A stretch of DNA of 64,000 bases from a virus. Position numbers and translations under genes: made by a program. Under the pieces are notes generated by a model, which was given only the letters and a program-made list of their open reading frames with translations, did no database searches and was not told where the DNA came from. This document shows, one piece after another, positions 1 to 11,193 of this stretch. Position 1 is the stretch's first letter, and each line of letters begins with the position of its first letter. Where the stretch lies: positions 18,446 to 82,445 of IMG/VR virus record IMGVR_UViG_3300048838_001252, one strand, 5' to 3'.

Positions 1-298
1 GGAATATAAAAGCAGTTCGATTATTATGGGAGATAAAATTGCTTTGATTTCACATACCGGAGAACCACAATTTAAGGCAGCAGACCTTAATCTCGAAGAC
101 AGAGAAAGAATTTTTGATGAAGGACACCCAATTGCAAGGGGTGATGTTCTTGTTGAAGCATTGAATATTCTTAGAAAAGCACTTGTAAACCACATTCATG
201 GTTATTCAAATCTTCCAGCAGATAAAAATTCTGTCATTAATGATTTAGAAAACATTAATTTCGAAGCAATTTTACAAAAAAATATTGTAACTAACTAA
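1..298 (+). CDS. C-terminal part of a baseplate spike/gp5-like protein (5' truncated)
   Basis: Frame is open back to the window edge; ends with GD.LV..L...LVNHIH, an HxH motif typical of spike tips. Confidence 0.45.
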   Translation, partial: EYKSSSIIMGDKIALISHTGEPQFKAADLNLEDRERIFDEGHPIARGDVLVEALNILRKALVNHIHGYSNLPADKNSVINDLENINFEAILQKNIVTN

Positions 299-318
299 AA
301 TTTTGTATATTTGCTCAC

Positions 319-1107
319 ATGAATAACACGATAATACCAAGCGAATTATTTACCGCTTTTAACGATATTACGTTTTACGATGAACCACACAAATATTTTC
401 TTGAAAATCAGGAACTTATTTCTGTTACTACATTAATTCACAAGTATCAAGAAGAATTTAATGAAGACTATTGGTCAAACTATAAAGCCGACCAATTTTT
501 TTTAACACAAAGAGAAATTTTACGTGGATGGAACTTCATTAATAAAAAGGGAACTATTAAAGGTTCTGCAATTCATGATTATGCCGAAAATCTATTTTTA
601 AATAAAAAATACGAATACCCCAAAGACATTATTTTAAATGAATTTGGTTTTGACCCGGTTCACAGGGAATATGATATAACCAAAAAACACGTAAATAAAT
701 TTTATGATGATGTTAAGGGTAAATTAATTCCAATTAAAACCGAATTGGTTATTTATGATAAAGAATCATTAATTGCGGGAATGCTTGATATGTTATTTTA
801 TAATGTAAAATATAAAGTTTTTCAATTATTTGATTGGAAAACAAATAAAGATTTTACGTTTGAAATGAAAAGTAGACATTTACTTGATGATTTATGTGTG
901 ATTGAGGATTGTGATTTGGAAATTTATTCGCTTCAGCTTGGATTATACAAATATATTATTGAGAAAAATACTGGAATAAAACTCGGTAAATCATATCTGG
1001 TGTGGTTTTCACATAACAATCCAAATTATCAGATTATTGAAGCAAAGGACAGGTCTGTTTATGTTAAAATGATTGTTAATAACAGAATTCAGGAATTAGC
1101 AGCATAA
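319..1107 (+). CDS. PD-(D/E)XK exonuclease (Cas4-like/lambda-exonuclease-like)
   Basis: SVTT, G..IH, AG.LD and DWKT motifs, QL..Y. Confidence 0.8.
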   Translation: MNNTIIPSELFTAFNDITFYDEPHKYFLENQELISVTTLIHKYQEEFNEDYWSNYKADQFFLTQREILRGWNFINKKGTIKGSAIHDYAENLFLNKKYEYPKDIILNEFGFDPVHREYDITKKHVNKFYDDVKGKLIPIKTELVIYDKESLIAGMLDMLFYNVKYKVFQLFDWKTNKDFTFEMKSRHLLDDLCVIEDCDLEIYSLQLGLYKYIIEKNTGIKLGKSYLVWFSHNNPNYQIIEAKDRSVYVKMIVNNRIQELAA

Positions 1108-1111
1108 AACA

Positions 1112-1137
1112 AAAAAGCCACAATAATGTGACTTTTC
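1112..1137. terminator. Bidirectional intrinsic terminator
   Basis: AAAAAGCCACA-ataa-TGTGACTTTT between convergent genes. Confidence 0.55.
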
Positions 1138-1156
1138 GTAAATCTCTTTGCGTTTC

Positions 1157-1648
1157 TTAAAGATTGAGAATACATCTCCAAGGCTGGATTTCAAGTGTGA
1201 TGTTTGTTAATTCATCATTACCATAATCATTTTCTCCAAAGTCAATTGATGTAATCATACATTGCTCCAAGAACCATTTTTCAACTTCAACTCCCGTTGG
1301 GTCTAACGATTTCAACAGAATATTTTTCTTGTATCCTGCTGCGTAACCCATACGACCTGTAAGTGATTCAGCATGTAAACGAACCCATTCCATGAGTTGT
1401 TGTGATGTTGAAGGACCGATTGGGTCAAGGAATGTAATTGACATCGAATCCCAAGTATATCTACCTGCGACATAGTTTTTCTCGTTCATGTAGTCAATTT
1501 CAACCTTATTAATTTTCATTGAAGGTCTTTTGAATTTCTGAACTTTCCAGACTTCAACGCCTAATTCATCTGCAAATTCTGCGAAGAATCTGTTTGCACG
1601 TTTTGGTTCGTATTCGAATGGGATACCCCTAATCATTTCTCCTGCCAT
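1157..1648 (-). CDS. Tail tube protein (T4 gp19-like)
   Basis: EPKRANRF, YVAGRYTW, W.L..C.I.SIDFG; two genes downstream of sheath. Confidence 0.85.
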   Translation of the reverse strand: MAGEMIRGIPFEYEPKRANRFFAEFADELGVEVWKVQKFKRPSMKINKVEIDYMNEKNYVAGRYTWDSMSITFLDPIGPSTSQQLMEWVRLHAESLTGRMGYAAGYKKNILLKSLDPTGVEVEKWFLEQCMITSIDFGENDYGNDELTNITLEIQPWRCILNL

Positions 1649-1719
1649 TTTATTATCTGTTTTTGTATATGCTTTTTATTTTATAATAAATACTTATGAT
1701 GTTGAAAACAATTCATTAA

Positions 1720-2094
1720 TTATTCCGGTAATTTACCAGTTCTTCTATAATGTCTCAATTCTGCAACACTTAATTCAGCAATAGTTTTTTTTCTTACTGT
1801 TATTTCTTCCTGAATAATTTCTTCAATTTCTTTTTTAAGGTCAACACCAAATTTTTCATCAAGGTCTTTCACATCTTCTTCAAGAAATGTTATTTTAATT
1901 GAAGGTACTTCGATTTCACCATCTTCTTCACCGTCATCTTCATAAACTGGAGATTCTATTTCTTCATCAACTTCTGGCATTTCTGCTTTTAGATTAATGC
2001 TAATTGGTTCACATTCAACAACCTCTTCTTTTTTTATTTCTGGTTGTTCTTTCACGTTTTGGTTCAGAACAGCCTTTCTATTTCTTTTTGCCAT
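1720..2094 (-). CDS. Acidic hypothetical late protein
   Basis: Start moved to MAKRNRK (2094), just downstream of late motif at 2128-2135. Confidence 0.6.
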   Translation of the reverse strand: MAKRNRKAVLNQNVKEQPEIKKEEVVECEPISINLKAEMPEVDEEIESPVYEDDGEEDGEIEVPSIKITFLEEDVKDLDEKFGVDLKKEIEEIIQEEITVRKKTIAELSVAELRHYRRTGKLPE

Positions 2095-2144
2095 AATTTT
2101 TATATAAAATTTAACAATTATTTTTACATAAATACTCATAAATA

Positions 2145-2173
2145 AAAAAAGACCCACAAATATGTGGGTCTTT
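2145..2173 (-). terminator. Intrinsic terminator after sheath gene
   Basis: AAAGACCCACA-aata-TGTGGGTCTTT with A-run. Confidence 0.7.
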
Positions 2174-2190
2174 AGTAATTAGTGTATTAA

Positions 2191-4914
2191 TTATGCACCT
2201 ACGTCTGCGAAACTTGCTCCAGAAGGTGTAATTGTAAACGTGATTCCAATAAATTCGAGAGCACGTGTTGGCTTCAAGAATATTTCACCGTATAATTCGT
2301 TTCTGTCACGACTTTCTGGTGAATTGTTACTATCGTCCATTTTGATTCTGAACTCCTGTAAACCTCTTTCTCTTTTAATTGTGTCGAGAACCGGAGTTGC
2401 TTTTTGTAAGAATTGGTCAATAGTTGCTTGGTCATTTTGTTCAAACACAAGTCTGATTGCGATATTAGCGATAAGAACTTTAATTTGAAGTAAAAGTCTA
2501 CGAACGTTAATTCTGTTAAGCGCACTTTCTTTAACCTGTAAAGTTTTTTGTCCGAAAATTGCTGTTCCTGCATCTGCAAAGTCAGCCAATGGATTAATTC
2601 TACCTGAGTAAAGAATATCACGAGCGTCAAGACTTAATTTATATTTAGATTTTCTTGCAGCAGTTACACCACGAGTTAAACCAGCAGGTGCAAACCAAGG
2701 GAATTTTGTGTTATCAGTAAACGCCATCGCTTTCACTACCTCACCTGTTGGTGGAAGATAAACATTAACGTTATTCTGGGTGTCACGCATTTGAATCCAA
2801 GGGAAGTAAGTACATGCGTAGCTACTATCGATTTCTGCTGTGTCAAGCAATTCTACGATATCCTGTGCAGCAACAACATCAGATTTGGTTTCACCAATGA
2901 TTTGCTGAATATTACTATCAGGAGAATCGATTATATATAAAGTATCGGTTCTTTCCTGTTCAAGCATTTCAATTGTGTTCTGAACCAAGATATTCTGGTC
3001 ACTCCAGTTAATACCGGGAGTTGCAAATAAGTTGATTGTAACTTCTTCTGGGTTTGCGAAAGTATTAATACCTGTTTCCCATGCTTGGAAGTCATTTCTT
3101 GGGTTTCCGTTAGGAACAACACCATCATAAATTCCATTTAGACGATAAAGGTCACCATAAGAACGACTTGTTCTGTGAACATCCCAACCATCAAAACCAC
3201 CAGCAGGTACAAAAGTGAATTTTCTTGTTACCGTTTCAAAATATGGATTTTCTGGGTCAACAACATCTTCGACTGTTCTAAATCTACCAGCACCTACTTC
3301 AAATTCGAAGTCATTATATGTTCCGGTAGCACCGCTATCCATGTGGAATCCTTTGCTGTTAACAAAACCACCATAACCATTGAAGTTAAAGAAGTTCTGG
3401 TTTACTCCTGAACCAAGTAAACTATTGTCGTCTGCATCATAACCATGTTCAGAAATACCAAGATAAATTTTTCTTGCTCTTTCATCATCATCATATTTGG
3501 TTTTGTAGTAGATTTTTGGTGTTACACCACTAAAATCTGAGAAGTCTTTAAAATTGTAACCCTCAAAACCTGCAGGGAATACACCGGGTTCAATCTCACC
3601 AGCCAATTCAACCATAATATATCTGCTCTGAAGGTCATATTCGCCATCAGAAGTACCGATACGCTGTGCAATGTAACCAGTAGTACCAACTGTTAAATTA
3701 CATCTTGAGAATGTTTCAAGAATTCTTACGCTGTCGTCAGTATCGTTAAAGTCACGAACAACAACATCAAATTCCAATGTAATTGGGTTAATATTTACAA
3801 TACTGATTTTAATTTCTTGGTTTGCAGCATCACCATCAGAAATGCTGATGAATTTGAATAATCTGTCAACACTGCTACCTTTTAATTGTGATACAATCCA
3901 AGGAGTTTCAGGTGTTCTGAATGCAGCACTACCACCAGCAGGTCTGTAGTTGGTAAATACATCATCAGTACAGTTAAGTATTGTTGTGTTTATTCCATAT
4001 GCAATACCATCAGCATCCAATTTTTTAATTAAATCGGCATAAATAGCTTCAACCCAAATTTTTGTATTTTTGTCTTTTGGTTCATAACCCACAACATTTG
4101 GTAAGAAGCTACTTGAATTCGGATTCAATGTAGCAACATATGTTTCAGTGCTTGCAGTACTTGATGCAATTAATGTAAATTGACCAAACAAATCACCAGT
4201 ACTTATATTAGTTGTATTACCAGTCATTGTAAGACTTGTGGTTTCAAAAACAGTCTTTGGAGTTGCATTCACTTGGTCTTGAACATAACCTCTACTTCTT
4301 AAAACTGCAAGTACCATACCTTCATATTCTGTATATGATGTACCAGACAATAAAGTTACTTTATCAGTTACTGTTCCACCAGTTGTAGTTTTGGTTGTTG
4401 CAGTGAACTCATGTAAATAACCTTCAAATTCTGTTGCACTTACTTTTGTGAATCCACTGAAATAAGAGCCAGTGTCCCCGGTTGCATTTAACGCAACACC
4501 TAAATAGTAACCATCAGTAAAAGGTACTCCAGTATTTGTAATTACAGTAGTAGTTGCACCTGTGGTTTCTGGGTCAACGCCAGCGTTTAAGGTAATCGCC
4601 CATGCAGTTCCTGCATCATATCCGCTCAAACCCAATACTCTGGTTACCCATAATTGATTTGATTCTTCTAAGTATGCATTTGCTACATATGGTAATTGAT
4701 ATTGTAGATTTCCATTTGAAAATCTTTTTGTGTTCTGTGCACCAAACCTTTGAGCGAACTGTGTTTTATCTTGAATAAAAACGGGTTCGAATGCCGGACC
4801 TTTTAATGTCTCGCCTACAAGACCTAAAGTGGTTACACCAACATTACGTGTTACAAATGTCAAGTCACGTTCTCTAAATTTTACTCCCGGAGAGGTAAAT
4901 ACGAATTCTGCCAT
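2191..4914 (-). CDS. Tail sheath protein (T4 gp18-like)
   Basis: SPGV N-terminus, PWFAPAG..RG, INVRRLL, FEQND, P...LEFI. Confidence 0.95.
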   Translation of the reverse strand: MAEFVFTSPGVKFRERDLTFVTRNVGVTTLGLVGETLKGPAFEPVFIQDKTQFAQRFGAQNTKRFSNGNLQYQLPYVANAYLEESNQLWVTRVLGLSGYDAGTAWAITLNAGVDPETTGATTTVITNTGVPFTDGYYLGVALNATGDTGSYFSGFTKVSATEFEGYLHEFTATTKTTTGGTVTDKVTLLSGTSYTEYEGMVLAVLRSRGYVQDQVNATPKTVFETTSLTMTGNTTNISTGDLFGQFTLIASSTASTETYVATLNPNSSSFLPNVVGYEPKDKNTKIWVEAIYADLIKKLDADGIAYGINTTILNCTDDVFTNYRPAGGSAAFRTPETPWIVSQLKGSSVDRLFKFISISDGDAANQEIKISIVNINPITLEFDVVVRDFNDTDDSVRILETFSRCNLTVGTTGYIAQRIGTSDGEYDLQSRYIMVELAGEIEPGVFPAGFEGYNFKDFSDFSGVTPKIYYKTKYDDDERARKIYLGISEHGYDADDNSLLGSGVNQNFFNFNGYGGFVNSKGFHMDSGATGTYNDFEFEVGAGRFRTVEDVVDPENPYFETVTRKFTFVPAGGFDGWDVHRTSRSYGDLYRLNGIYDGVVPNGNPRNDFQAWETGINTFANPEEVTINLFATPGINWSDQNILVQNTIEMLEQERTDTLYIIDSPDSNIQQIIGETKSDVVAAQDIVELLDTAEIDSSYACTYFPWIQMRDTQNNVNVYLPPTGEVVKAMAFTDNTKFPWFAPAGLTRGVTAARKSKYKLSLDARDILYSGRINPLADFADAGTAIFGQKTLQVKESALNRINVRRLLLQIKVLIANIAIRLVFEQNDQATIDQFLQKATPVLDTIKRERGLQEFRIKMDDSNNSPESRDRNELYGEIFLKPTRALEFIGITFTITPSGASFADVGA

Positions 4915-5213
4915 GTTAATTAGTTATTTAATTTTTATATTTATTTTTCATTCTAAGCAATGCTTAATCTTTTTCAATAAATACTGAAAAATTATCGAAA
5001 AGGTGTTTTGTGCTAATTATTATAGTATTGCCACAGACGACCATAAACCCCAATTTTTATCGATTTTAAATTTTTTACTCTATATTTTAAAAAAAAACGA
5101 TTTTTTTGGTTTAAATTTCTGTGGATTTCTTTAAAAAAAAATTTAAAAATTTTTGATTTTTTTTCTTCCGGTATGGTTTTTCTTAAATTAGTATTTATGG
5201 AAAAGCATTATAT

Positions 5214-7322
5214 ATGAATAGGTCACAACGAATTTATTTGGATGTTAATTCTCTTGATGTAGATAATCACATTAAAATAAAACTCGAACAAGAAACAGAC
5301 AGTCTTGAATTTTTAAGCATGAGCATCGATACCAAAGATGTTTATCAGGATTTTAATGCTGATTATGGTGTTTTGGTGGGTAGAGTTATAGCAAATGGTG
5401 GTATAGGTATCCCAAATGCCAAAATAAGCATTTTTATGCCCCTTACAGACGATGATGCTGAGAATGGTGAGATATACAGTATATACCCCTATAAGACTCC
5501 CAGAGACAAGAATATAGAGGGAAAACGATATAATTTATTACCAAGGGTAGGTAAAAAAAATCCTGCCACACAAGAAGTAAAACCTAAACAACCATTTGGC
5601 AGTTTTCCAATCAAAGAAGAAATTGTAACAAATGAACCGTTTTTAAATGTTTATAAAAAATACTATAAATATACTGCTACCACAAATGATGCTGGTGATT
5701 ACATGATATTCGGTGTTCCAATTGGTACACAAACTGTTCACCTTAGTGTTGATATTACCGATATTGGTAAATATAGCATGACACCAGCAGCTATGGTAAC
5801 AAACTTAGGCTATTCACCAAACCTATTTACTGATGGTGGCAGTAAAATTAAACCAAGTAATGACTTAGGTGACCTACCACACATTGAAACACAAGAAATT
5901 AGTGTTGATATCATACCGTTTTGGGGTGATGTTGAAAATTTTGAAATAGGTATTACTCGTCAGGATTTCAGAATTAGGTCAGTATTATCAAATACATTTA
6001 CAATTTTTGGTAGTATTTTCACAGATGGTGATAATTCAATGTGGGGTGCTAATAATGAAGATGGTAGAACAATTAGAGAGTTATATAAACTTAGAAGTAA
6101 TACCAGTGAAAATAAAGGAATGGTATCGAAAAGAATCGGAATTGTTACAGAAAAAATTTATTACTATCCCGCTTCCATAAATGATAGTGAAATAAGTACT
6201 GCCGACCCTAAAACAGATATGTTACTTTTAGACCCAACGCAATATTCTGCATATAAAAGAGATGGTGATTTTGTTTTTATTATTAATTGTAATAGAGGTA
6301 GGGTTATTACTGATGAATTTGGTAATGAAACACCTGTAGATGAAAATTCTTCCACAGGTGTTTATACTAAGTTTAAAGGTTTTATGACATTAGAAGCAAC
6401 TGTTGATGATATACCCATGAATTTCACCGGAGATTTAGGTAGTAGTACCACATTAAGACCAATTAGATATAAATTTAAATTTCCACAATTTGCTTCTGAA
6501 GGTCGAGGACTCAGAAGAGACAACCGTGACTCACAATCACAAGCAGATGTTCAAACATGGAGAAAACAACACTATACATTTTCTGGCGGTGGTTTTTATA
6601 GTGTTTCAAGATTTCATGGTGTTGTATATAATGCGCATAATAATGAAAACGAAAATAATGATTTTGATGACCACACAAATAATGCGTTTTCAAACAGGGA
6701 CGCAATAAATGACCCAAAGGATAGAGATACAAATTGGGATGTTGGAATTATTCAAACCAATGATGTTGATGTTACTGGTAACACACAGTATGGAATGGTT
6801 TATAATACAACATATTCAACACAACAACTTTTTGGTGCAAACTGGTTAAATTTTGCAATACATTTACCACAGGTAGCATTTTTATCGAACGGATATTCAT
6901 ATGTAGAAAATTGGCGTTCAAATACCAATTTCACTCATGATTTTAAAAGCACACATTTCTTTGGGGATAATAGTCAGATAATTGCAGGTAATGACTTCAA
7001 CACTAAATTCATGGCACGTTCCGACTTGCACTGGACTGACTTTATTCATGTGCCAAAAGAAGACCTTCCTGAATTAAAGAATATGCCAAAAGGGTTTAAA
7101 GGTACAGGAACAAATGGAAATTCTATACCGGGTTATACACTTAAAGGTAAATATCGTAATGGTAAATATATACCATCGGGTTGGACTGCAGCCTGTCCTT
7201 TAAAGGGTGGAAGATTAAATGGTGATGCCGATGTTAGTACACAAGACCCAAATACCTACTTTTACAAAGGTTTTGATACTGCGGATTGTATTGATTATTT
7301 ATATTTATTAGGACTTGTTTAA
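5214..7322 (+). CDS. Virion structural (baseplate-associated) protein
   Basis: 702 aa ORF, late motif at 5192, GRVIAN..IPNAKIS and TN..GDYMIFGVP.G prealbumin-like segment. Confidence 0.55.
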   Translation: MNRSQRIYLDVNSLDVDNHIKIKLEQETDSLEFLSMSIDTKDVYQDFNADYGVLVGRVIANGGIGIPNAKISIFMPLTDDDAENGEIYSIYPYKTPRDKNIEGKRYNLLPRVGKKNPATQEVKPKQPFGSFPIKEEIVTNEPFLNVYKKYYKYTATTNDAGDYMIFGVPIGTQTVHLSVDITDIGKYSMTPAAMVTNLGYSPNLFTDGGSKIKPSNDLGDLPHIETQEISVDIIPFWGDVENFEIGITRQDFRIRSVLSNTFTIFGSIFTDGDNSMWGANNEDGRTIRELYKLRSNTSENKGMVSKRIGIVTEKIYYYPASINDSEISTADPKTDMLLLDPTQYSAYKRDGDFVFIINCNRGRVITDEFGNETPVDENSSTGVYTKFKGFMTLEATVDDIPMNFTGDLGSSTTLRPIRYKFKFPQFASEGRGLRRDNRDSQSQADVQTWRKQHYTFSGGGFYSVSRFHGVVYNAHNNENENNDFDDHTNNAFSNRDAINDPKDRDTNWDVGIIQTNDVDVTGNTQYGMVYNTTYSTQQLFGANWLNFAIHLPQVAFLSNGYSYVENWRSNTNFTHDFKSTHFFGDNSQIIAGNDFNTKFMARSDLHWTDFIHVPKEDLPELKNMPKGFKGTGTNGNSIPGYTLKGKYRNGKYIPSGWTAACPLKGGRLNGDADVSTQDPNTYFYKGFDTADCIDYLYLLGLV

Positions 7323-7324
7323 AA

Positions 7325-7354
7325 CAAAAAACCCCTCGATATTGAGGGGTTTTT
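7325..7354. terminator. Bidirectional terminator
   Basis: AAAAACCCCTCGAT-ATTGAGGGGTTTTT. Confidence 0.75.
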
Positions 7355-7366
7355 AATTGTATATTA

Positions 7367-7822
7367 TTAACGTTCAAGGGTATAAATACCATTAATGGGG
7401 GTATCACTCTTCACACAATCAATGAGTTTCAATTTAAGTACAGTACCGTTAAAGGTTTCGGCATTAAGAATTTGAAGTTCAATTTGGTCTTCAAAATTAA
7501 TCACCAAATCATTAAGAGTATAGTTATATTCTGCTTCCCAGACACCATCATTATTATCAAAATATGGGTCATTAAGGGTTGCGGTGGCTGTGGTAACATC
7601 CAAAAGACTTAGACCAACAAGGTCGTAGGTTTCATTTAGTGTCCAGAGTTCAGCTTCTGTGTCATAGACAGTTCCGTTAAATTCCAGAGAAACGAAATTC
7701 CAGTCACCAAGCAAATCCTGAACGGTAATCTGGTCTTCAACAATAGGGTCTTCTTTTTCGCAGCTAAAACTCATCAGAGTAATTGCGAGAACAACAGTCA
7801 GTAAATAAGCAAATTTTTTCAT
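7367..7822 (-). CDS. Bacteroidota-type lipoprotein (lipocalin-like)
   Basis: Signal peptide II ending FS-C, followed by acidic EKED; L.GDW beta motif. Confidence 0.7.
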   Translation of the reverse strand: MKKFAYLLTVVLAITLMSFSCEKEDPIVEDQITVQDLLGDWNFVSLEFNGTVYDTEAELWTLNETYDLVGLSLLDVTTATATLNDPYFDNNDGVWEAEYNYTLNDLVINFEDQIELQILNAETFNGTVLKLKLIDCVKSDTPINGIYTLER

Positions 7823-7864
7823 AATTTCAAATTTTAGTTAAACATTTTTGTTTGCTACACGCTT

Positions 7865-7891
7865 ATACGTAATGTATTTAAAAATGTTACA
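7865..7891 (-). promoter_or_regulatory. TGTAAC-N16-CGTAT promoter-like motif
   Basis: Same motif and 16-nt spacer at 37155-37181(-), 46654-46680(+), 54966-54992(+). Confidence 0.6.
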
Positions 7892-7927
7892 AAAAATCAT
7901 AAAAATTTTTGAAGGTATTTATATGAT

Positions 7928-9577
7928 ATGGATGAAAACATCAAAATATTGCTTAATAGTAATCAGAACATTGATTCGGTAAACGTGAATAGTTACAATA
8001 AAATAGAACTGCAAAACAAACGTTTACCTATTCTTGAATATGACATCAGAAATGTATTAAGTGCAACGGAAATATTTGATATTGAAAGAGAAACAAATGA
8101 GATTTACAGGATTTACGGTAAAATCGAATACATGTCGCTTTTAAATGGTTTAAGAACAGGATATAGTAAACTTGAACATTTCTTTTTACCTTTACAGAAT
8201 TTAACAACTTCAAAAAACCTATTGAATTCTTTTGATTTTTATCTCGTTAGACCAGCAGTTAGCGGATATACGACTTTTGGTGGAAATACTGGTACAAGCA
8301 CAACATTTTATTATGTAAATGAAGACTTTGATGATTGGATAACAAGCACCCCAAGTGACTATCCTGCTGGTTGGACTGTCAGTGTTGGTGTTGGTAGTTA
8401 TGTTGAACAAACTGTAACAAATCAAGCTAAATTTGTTCTTGGAAACAATCCTTTTATTAATTTAATTACATTATCAAAAGAATTAACTACTCCTGCATAT
8501 GGTGATATCACAATTGAAACAGTTGTTGACATCTTACCGAATTTAATTCCGGGGACAGATTTATTTACAATAATCTTATTCAACGGAAGTAACATATTAC
8601 ATAGTTTCAATACTCTTTCAGGTAGTACTGGATTGAAAACATATCAAGTTAATGTTCCTATCGGTACACCAGTAACTAAAGTCACTATTATTGCAAACAG
8701 TACAAATAAAAGTATTTTCATGGATTATTTTAAAATGTATACCGGAACATTTGGTGGCGCAAGTAATACAGGATTCATAAGATACTTTCAAGTAGTGGCA
8801 ACACCGAATGAATTTGAATTATTTCCTGTCGGTTTTGCAAACAACATTTATAACGAACAAACATATGGATTCAGTTTTAATACGGATTTTGATGTTAGTA
8901 ATTATGTTGATAATTTTGGTTTTCCATTAACTGAGTTGTTTTTATATGCAGCATATAAAAAATGGAATTCACCAGCAGAAACCCTTTCATTTACAAGGTT
9001 TTCTACAGGCGGTACTGCAACAAAAGTTGCGTTTTCAACAACTTCTTTAAATATTGGTGATTATGTTAAAACCACTACGGGTGAAAAAATCGGGGATGTT
9101 GTAGAATATTCCAAACCAGATTTTTATCAGGCACAATTAACACCGCAAACATTTTACATAAGAACACCATATGTTGATGGCTTTACAAGTAAGGCACTTA
9201 TCTGGAAATACAATCCATTTATTCCATTTAGATTAAGATATTTTAGTAATGAAATATATAAAACAAACATTAATAACTCATCATATGAACAGGTAATGTC
9301 AATACCTTATTATGCAACAGCATTGGATAGTGGTAATTATGTCTGGAGAACCATATTACCTCAAGGCTATGTTGACCCATTAACTGGTATAGGGGTAGAT
9401 TATCCCTTTGTAAATAAAAAAAGGTATTTATTTTCAACAATTATACTTGATGTAGTTCCAGACTTAACTGATGCTTTAACATATACCGCATTTAAAGACA
9501 TAAAATTTGGAACACCAACGAATTTAAACATTACACCTATGAGTGATTTGAATAATATCGGAAAGCCATGTCTATAA
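7928..9577 (+). CDS. Virion structural protein
   Basis: 549 aa, late motif at 7915, Thr/Gly-rich beta insert, C-terminal VDYPF.N..RY. Confidence 0.5.
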   Translation: MDENIKILLNSNQNIDSVNVNSYNKIELQNKRLPILEYDIRNVLSATEIFDIERETNEIYRIYGKIEYMSLLNGLRTGYSKLEHFFLPLQNLTTSKNLLNSFDFYLVRPAVSGYTTFGGNTGTSTTFYYVNEDFDDWITSTPSDYPAGWTVSVGVGSYVEQTVTNQAKFVLGNNPFINLITLSKELTTPAYGDITIETVVDILPNLIPGTDLFTIILFNGSNILHSFNTLSGSTGLKTYQVNVPIGTPVTKVTIIANSTNKSIFMDYFKMYTGTFGGASNTGFIRYFQVVATPNEFELFPVGFANNIYNEQTYGFSFNTDFDVSNYVDNFGFPLTELFLYAAYKKWNSPAETLSFTRFSTGGTATKVAFSTTSLNIGDYVKTTTGEKIGDVVEYSKPDFYQAQLTPQTFYIRTPYVDGFTSKALIWKYNPFIPFRLRYFSNEIYKTNINNSSYEQVMSIPYYATALDSGNYVWRTILPQGYVDPLTGIGVDYPFVNKKRYLFSTIILDVVPDLTDALTYTAFKDIKFGTPTNLNITPMSDLNNIGKPCL

Positions 9578-10368
9578 TCAGAGAAGTTGTAAAATATAAT
9601 CAAACCGATATTAATATCAAAATACCTATTGGAATAACTGATGGATTTTCGGGATATCAGCAGGAAATTGAAAAACTTACATCATTTTCTGCAACAAATT
9701 TGGTTAACCCGGAGAACGATATTGAGGTGAGAAGGTTTAAATATTACACCACAACAAACTCAACAATGCAGTTTCAGTTTTATAATGGCTCGAATTATAG
9801 TACAAATTTTACATATGCCGGATTTGCTTCAGCAGAAATAAATCCAAGTAATGGAAAAATAACCAATAGTTTTTTTATTCTGGATTTTTATGATTCGTTC
9901 GACCCATATAATCAAAATAAAATATTTTCAACGTACCAAACCAAATTGGTAACTGGTACAAGTAAGACAGCCAATTATAAAATCATCACCTCACAATTTT
10001 ATAATTTTTATGTTCCCATTAATTATATTAATTCTTTCACAGGAACAACGGTGATTGGATATAGTAAATTCAGTTTTTATAATGCTAAAACCGGAAAAAT
10101 TCAGTTATTTTTTAATAATGATAATAGTAGTATGCTCTTATCACCAGAAAAACTATATTATAAAACTGAATTAAATTTAACTGCAAAGACATGGAGATTT
10201 ATCACTTCCTCATCTCCAAACATGATTGCAAAAGAAATACCTTACACAACCAACACAGAATATAGTGATAAGGTAAATAACACTTTTGATAAATTCAATA
10301 GTAAAGCACAAGATTACCCAAGTGGCAATACGTTTAACTTTGAAGACGGAACTTATGATATAACGTAA
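9568..10368 (+). CDS. Virion structural protein
   Basis: Overlaps the end of the previous gene; SFFILDFYDS...KFSFYNAKTG. Confidence 0.5.
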   Translation: MSIIREVVKYNQTDINIKIPIGITDGFSGYQQEIEKLTSFSATNLVNPENDIEVRRFKYYTTTNSTMQFQFYNGSNYSTNFTYAGFASAEINPSNGKITNSFFILDFYDSFDPYNQNKIFSTYQTKLVTGTSKTANYKIITSQFYNFYVPINYINSFTGTTVIGYSKFSFYNAKTGKIQLFFNNDNSSMLLSPEKLYYKTELNLTAKTWRFITSSSPNMIAKEIPYTTNTEYSDKVNNTFDKFNSKAQDYPSGNTFNFEDGTYDIT

Positions 10369-11117
10369 CCAATTTTTGGTTTTCTGGTCGTTTTAACTAT
10401 CTCAAATTCTTTTTCGTCCTGAATAAAACCAAGAACTTTAAGTGCGTACTTAGATACGAAGAATCTATCACCGTCAATGTTTTCAATCGGGTTGCTCTCT
10501 GCAAATCCCTCAAAATGTAATGGAAGTGGATTTCCTTTTACAAACAAATAGTCTTGACGACTGGCAAAATTTCTTAAAACCTGTTCATCGTACTGGTTCA
10601 CATCAACCCTGTATTTGGTGAATAATGCTGCTTCATAGATTAAGTCAACATTCACGGGTTCTGGCATTCTGAATTGCAAGTAAATAACTTCACCATTATC
10701 CAGTATAGGAACGTTCATATATCTGAACTTGCGTGCCTGTGGAACACGATACTTACCACCAATACGAGTTCCGGGTTGTTTATCAATACGTCTCACCGTA
10801 ATATATGGGGTTGGTACGTTATTATCATTATCCATGAACTTCCATGTCTTACTAAATTCTCCCCAACGGTCATTATCAAGATAAAATGTCGGGACGATTT
10901 TGTTGTCAATCACACATTTCATGTTGTCCTGATTGACATAATCAAAAACAGCTTGGTCTAAATCTTCAAATGCAATGGTTCTTGGTAAGAATTTAGTTTT
11001 TGTGTCGGTCTGACGCATAAGTTCTTCAATTCTATCCATACCATATTTAAGGTATTCTGTACCAACACTTGGTGGATTAGTGTCCAGAGTAAGTTTTACT
11101 TTTTTTGGAAGTGACAT
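10353..11117 (-). CDS. Tail terminator/sheath stabiliser (gp15-like)
   Basis: P.PVNVDLIYE motif, late motif at 11133. Confidence 0.55.
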   Translation of the reverse strand: MSLPKKVKLTLDTNPPSVGTEYLKYGMDRIEELMRQTDTKTKFLPRTIAFEDLDQAVFDYVNQDNMKCVIDNKIVPTFYLDNDRWGEFSKTWKFMDNDNNVPTPYITVRRIDKQPGTRIGGKYRVPQARKFRYMNVPILDNGEVIYLQFRMPEPVNVDLIYEAALFTKYRVDVNQYDEQVLRNFASRQDYLFVKGNPLPLHFEGFAESNPIENIDGDRFFVSKYALKVLGFIQDEKEFEIVKTTRKPKIGYVIS

Positions 11118-11193
11118 TTATTCTTTTTTATTATAAATACTCTTGCACTTTAATTCTTAATGCACTATATTTGTTTTCTAAAAATATGTCATT

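Noticed and set aside
319-1107. CRISPR-associated Cas4
   Set aside because: No Fe-S cysteine cluster, array or cas1/cas2; ordinary phage exonuclease
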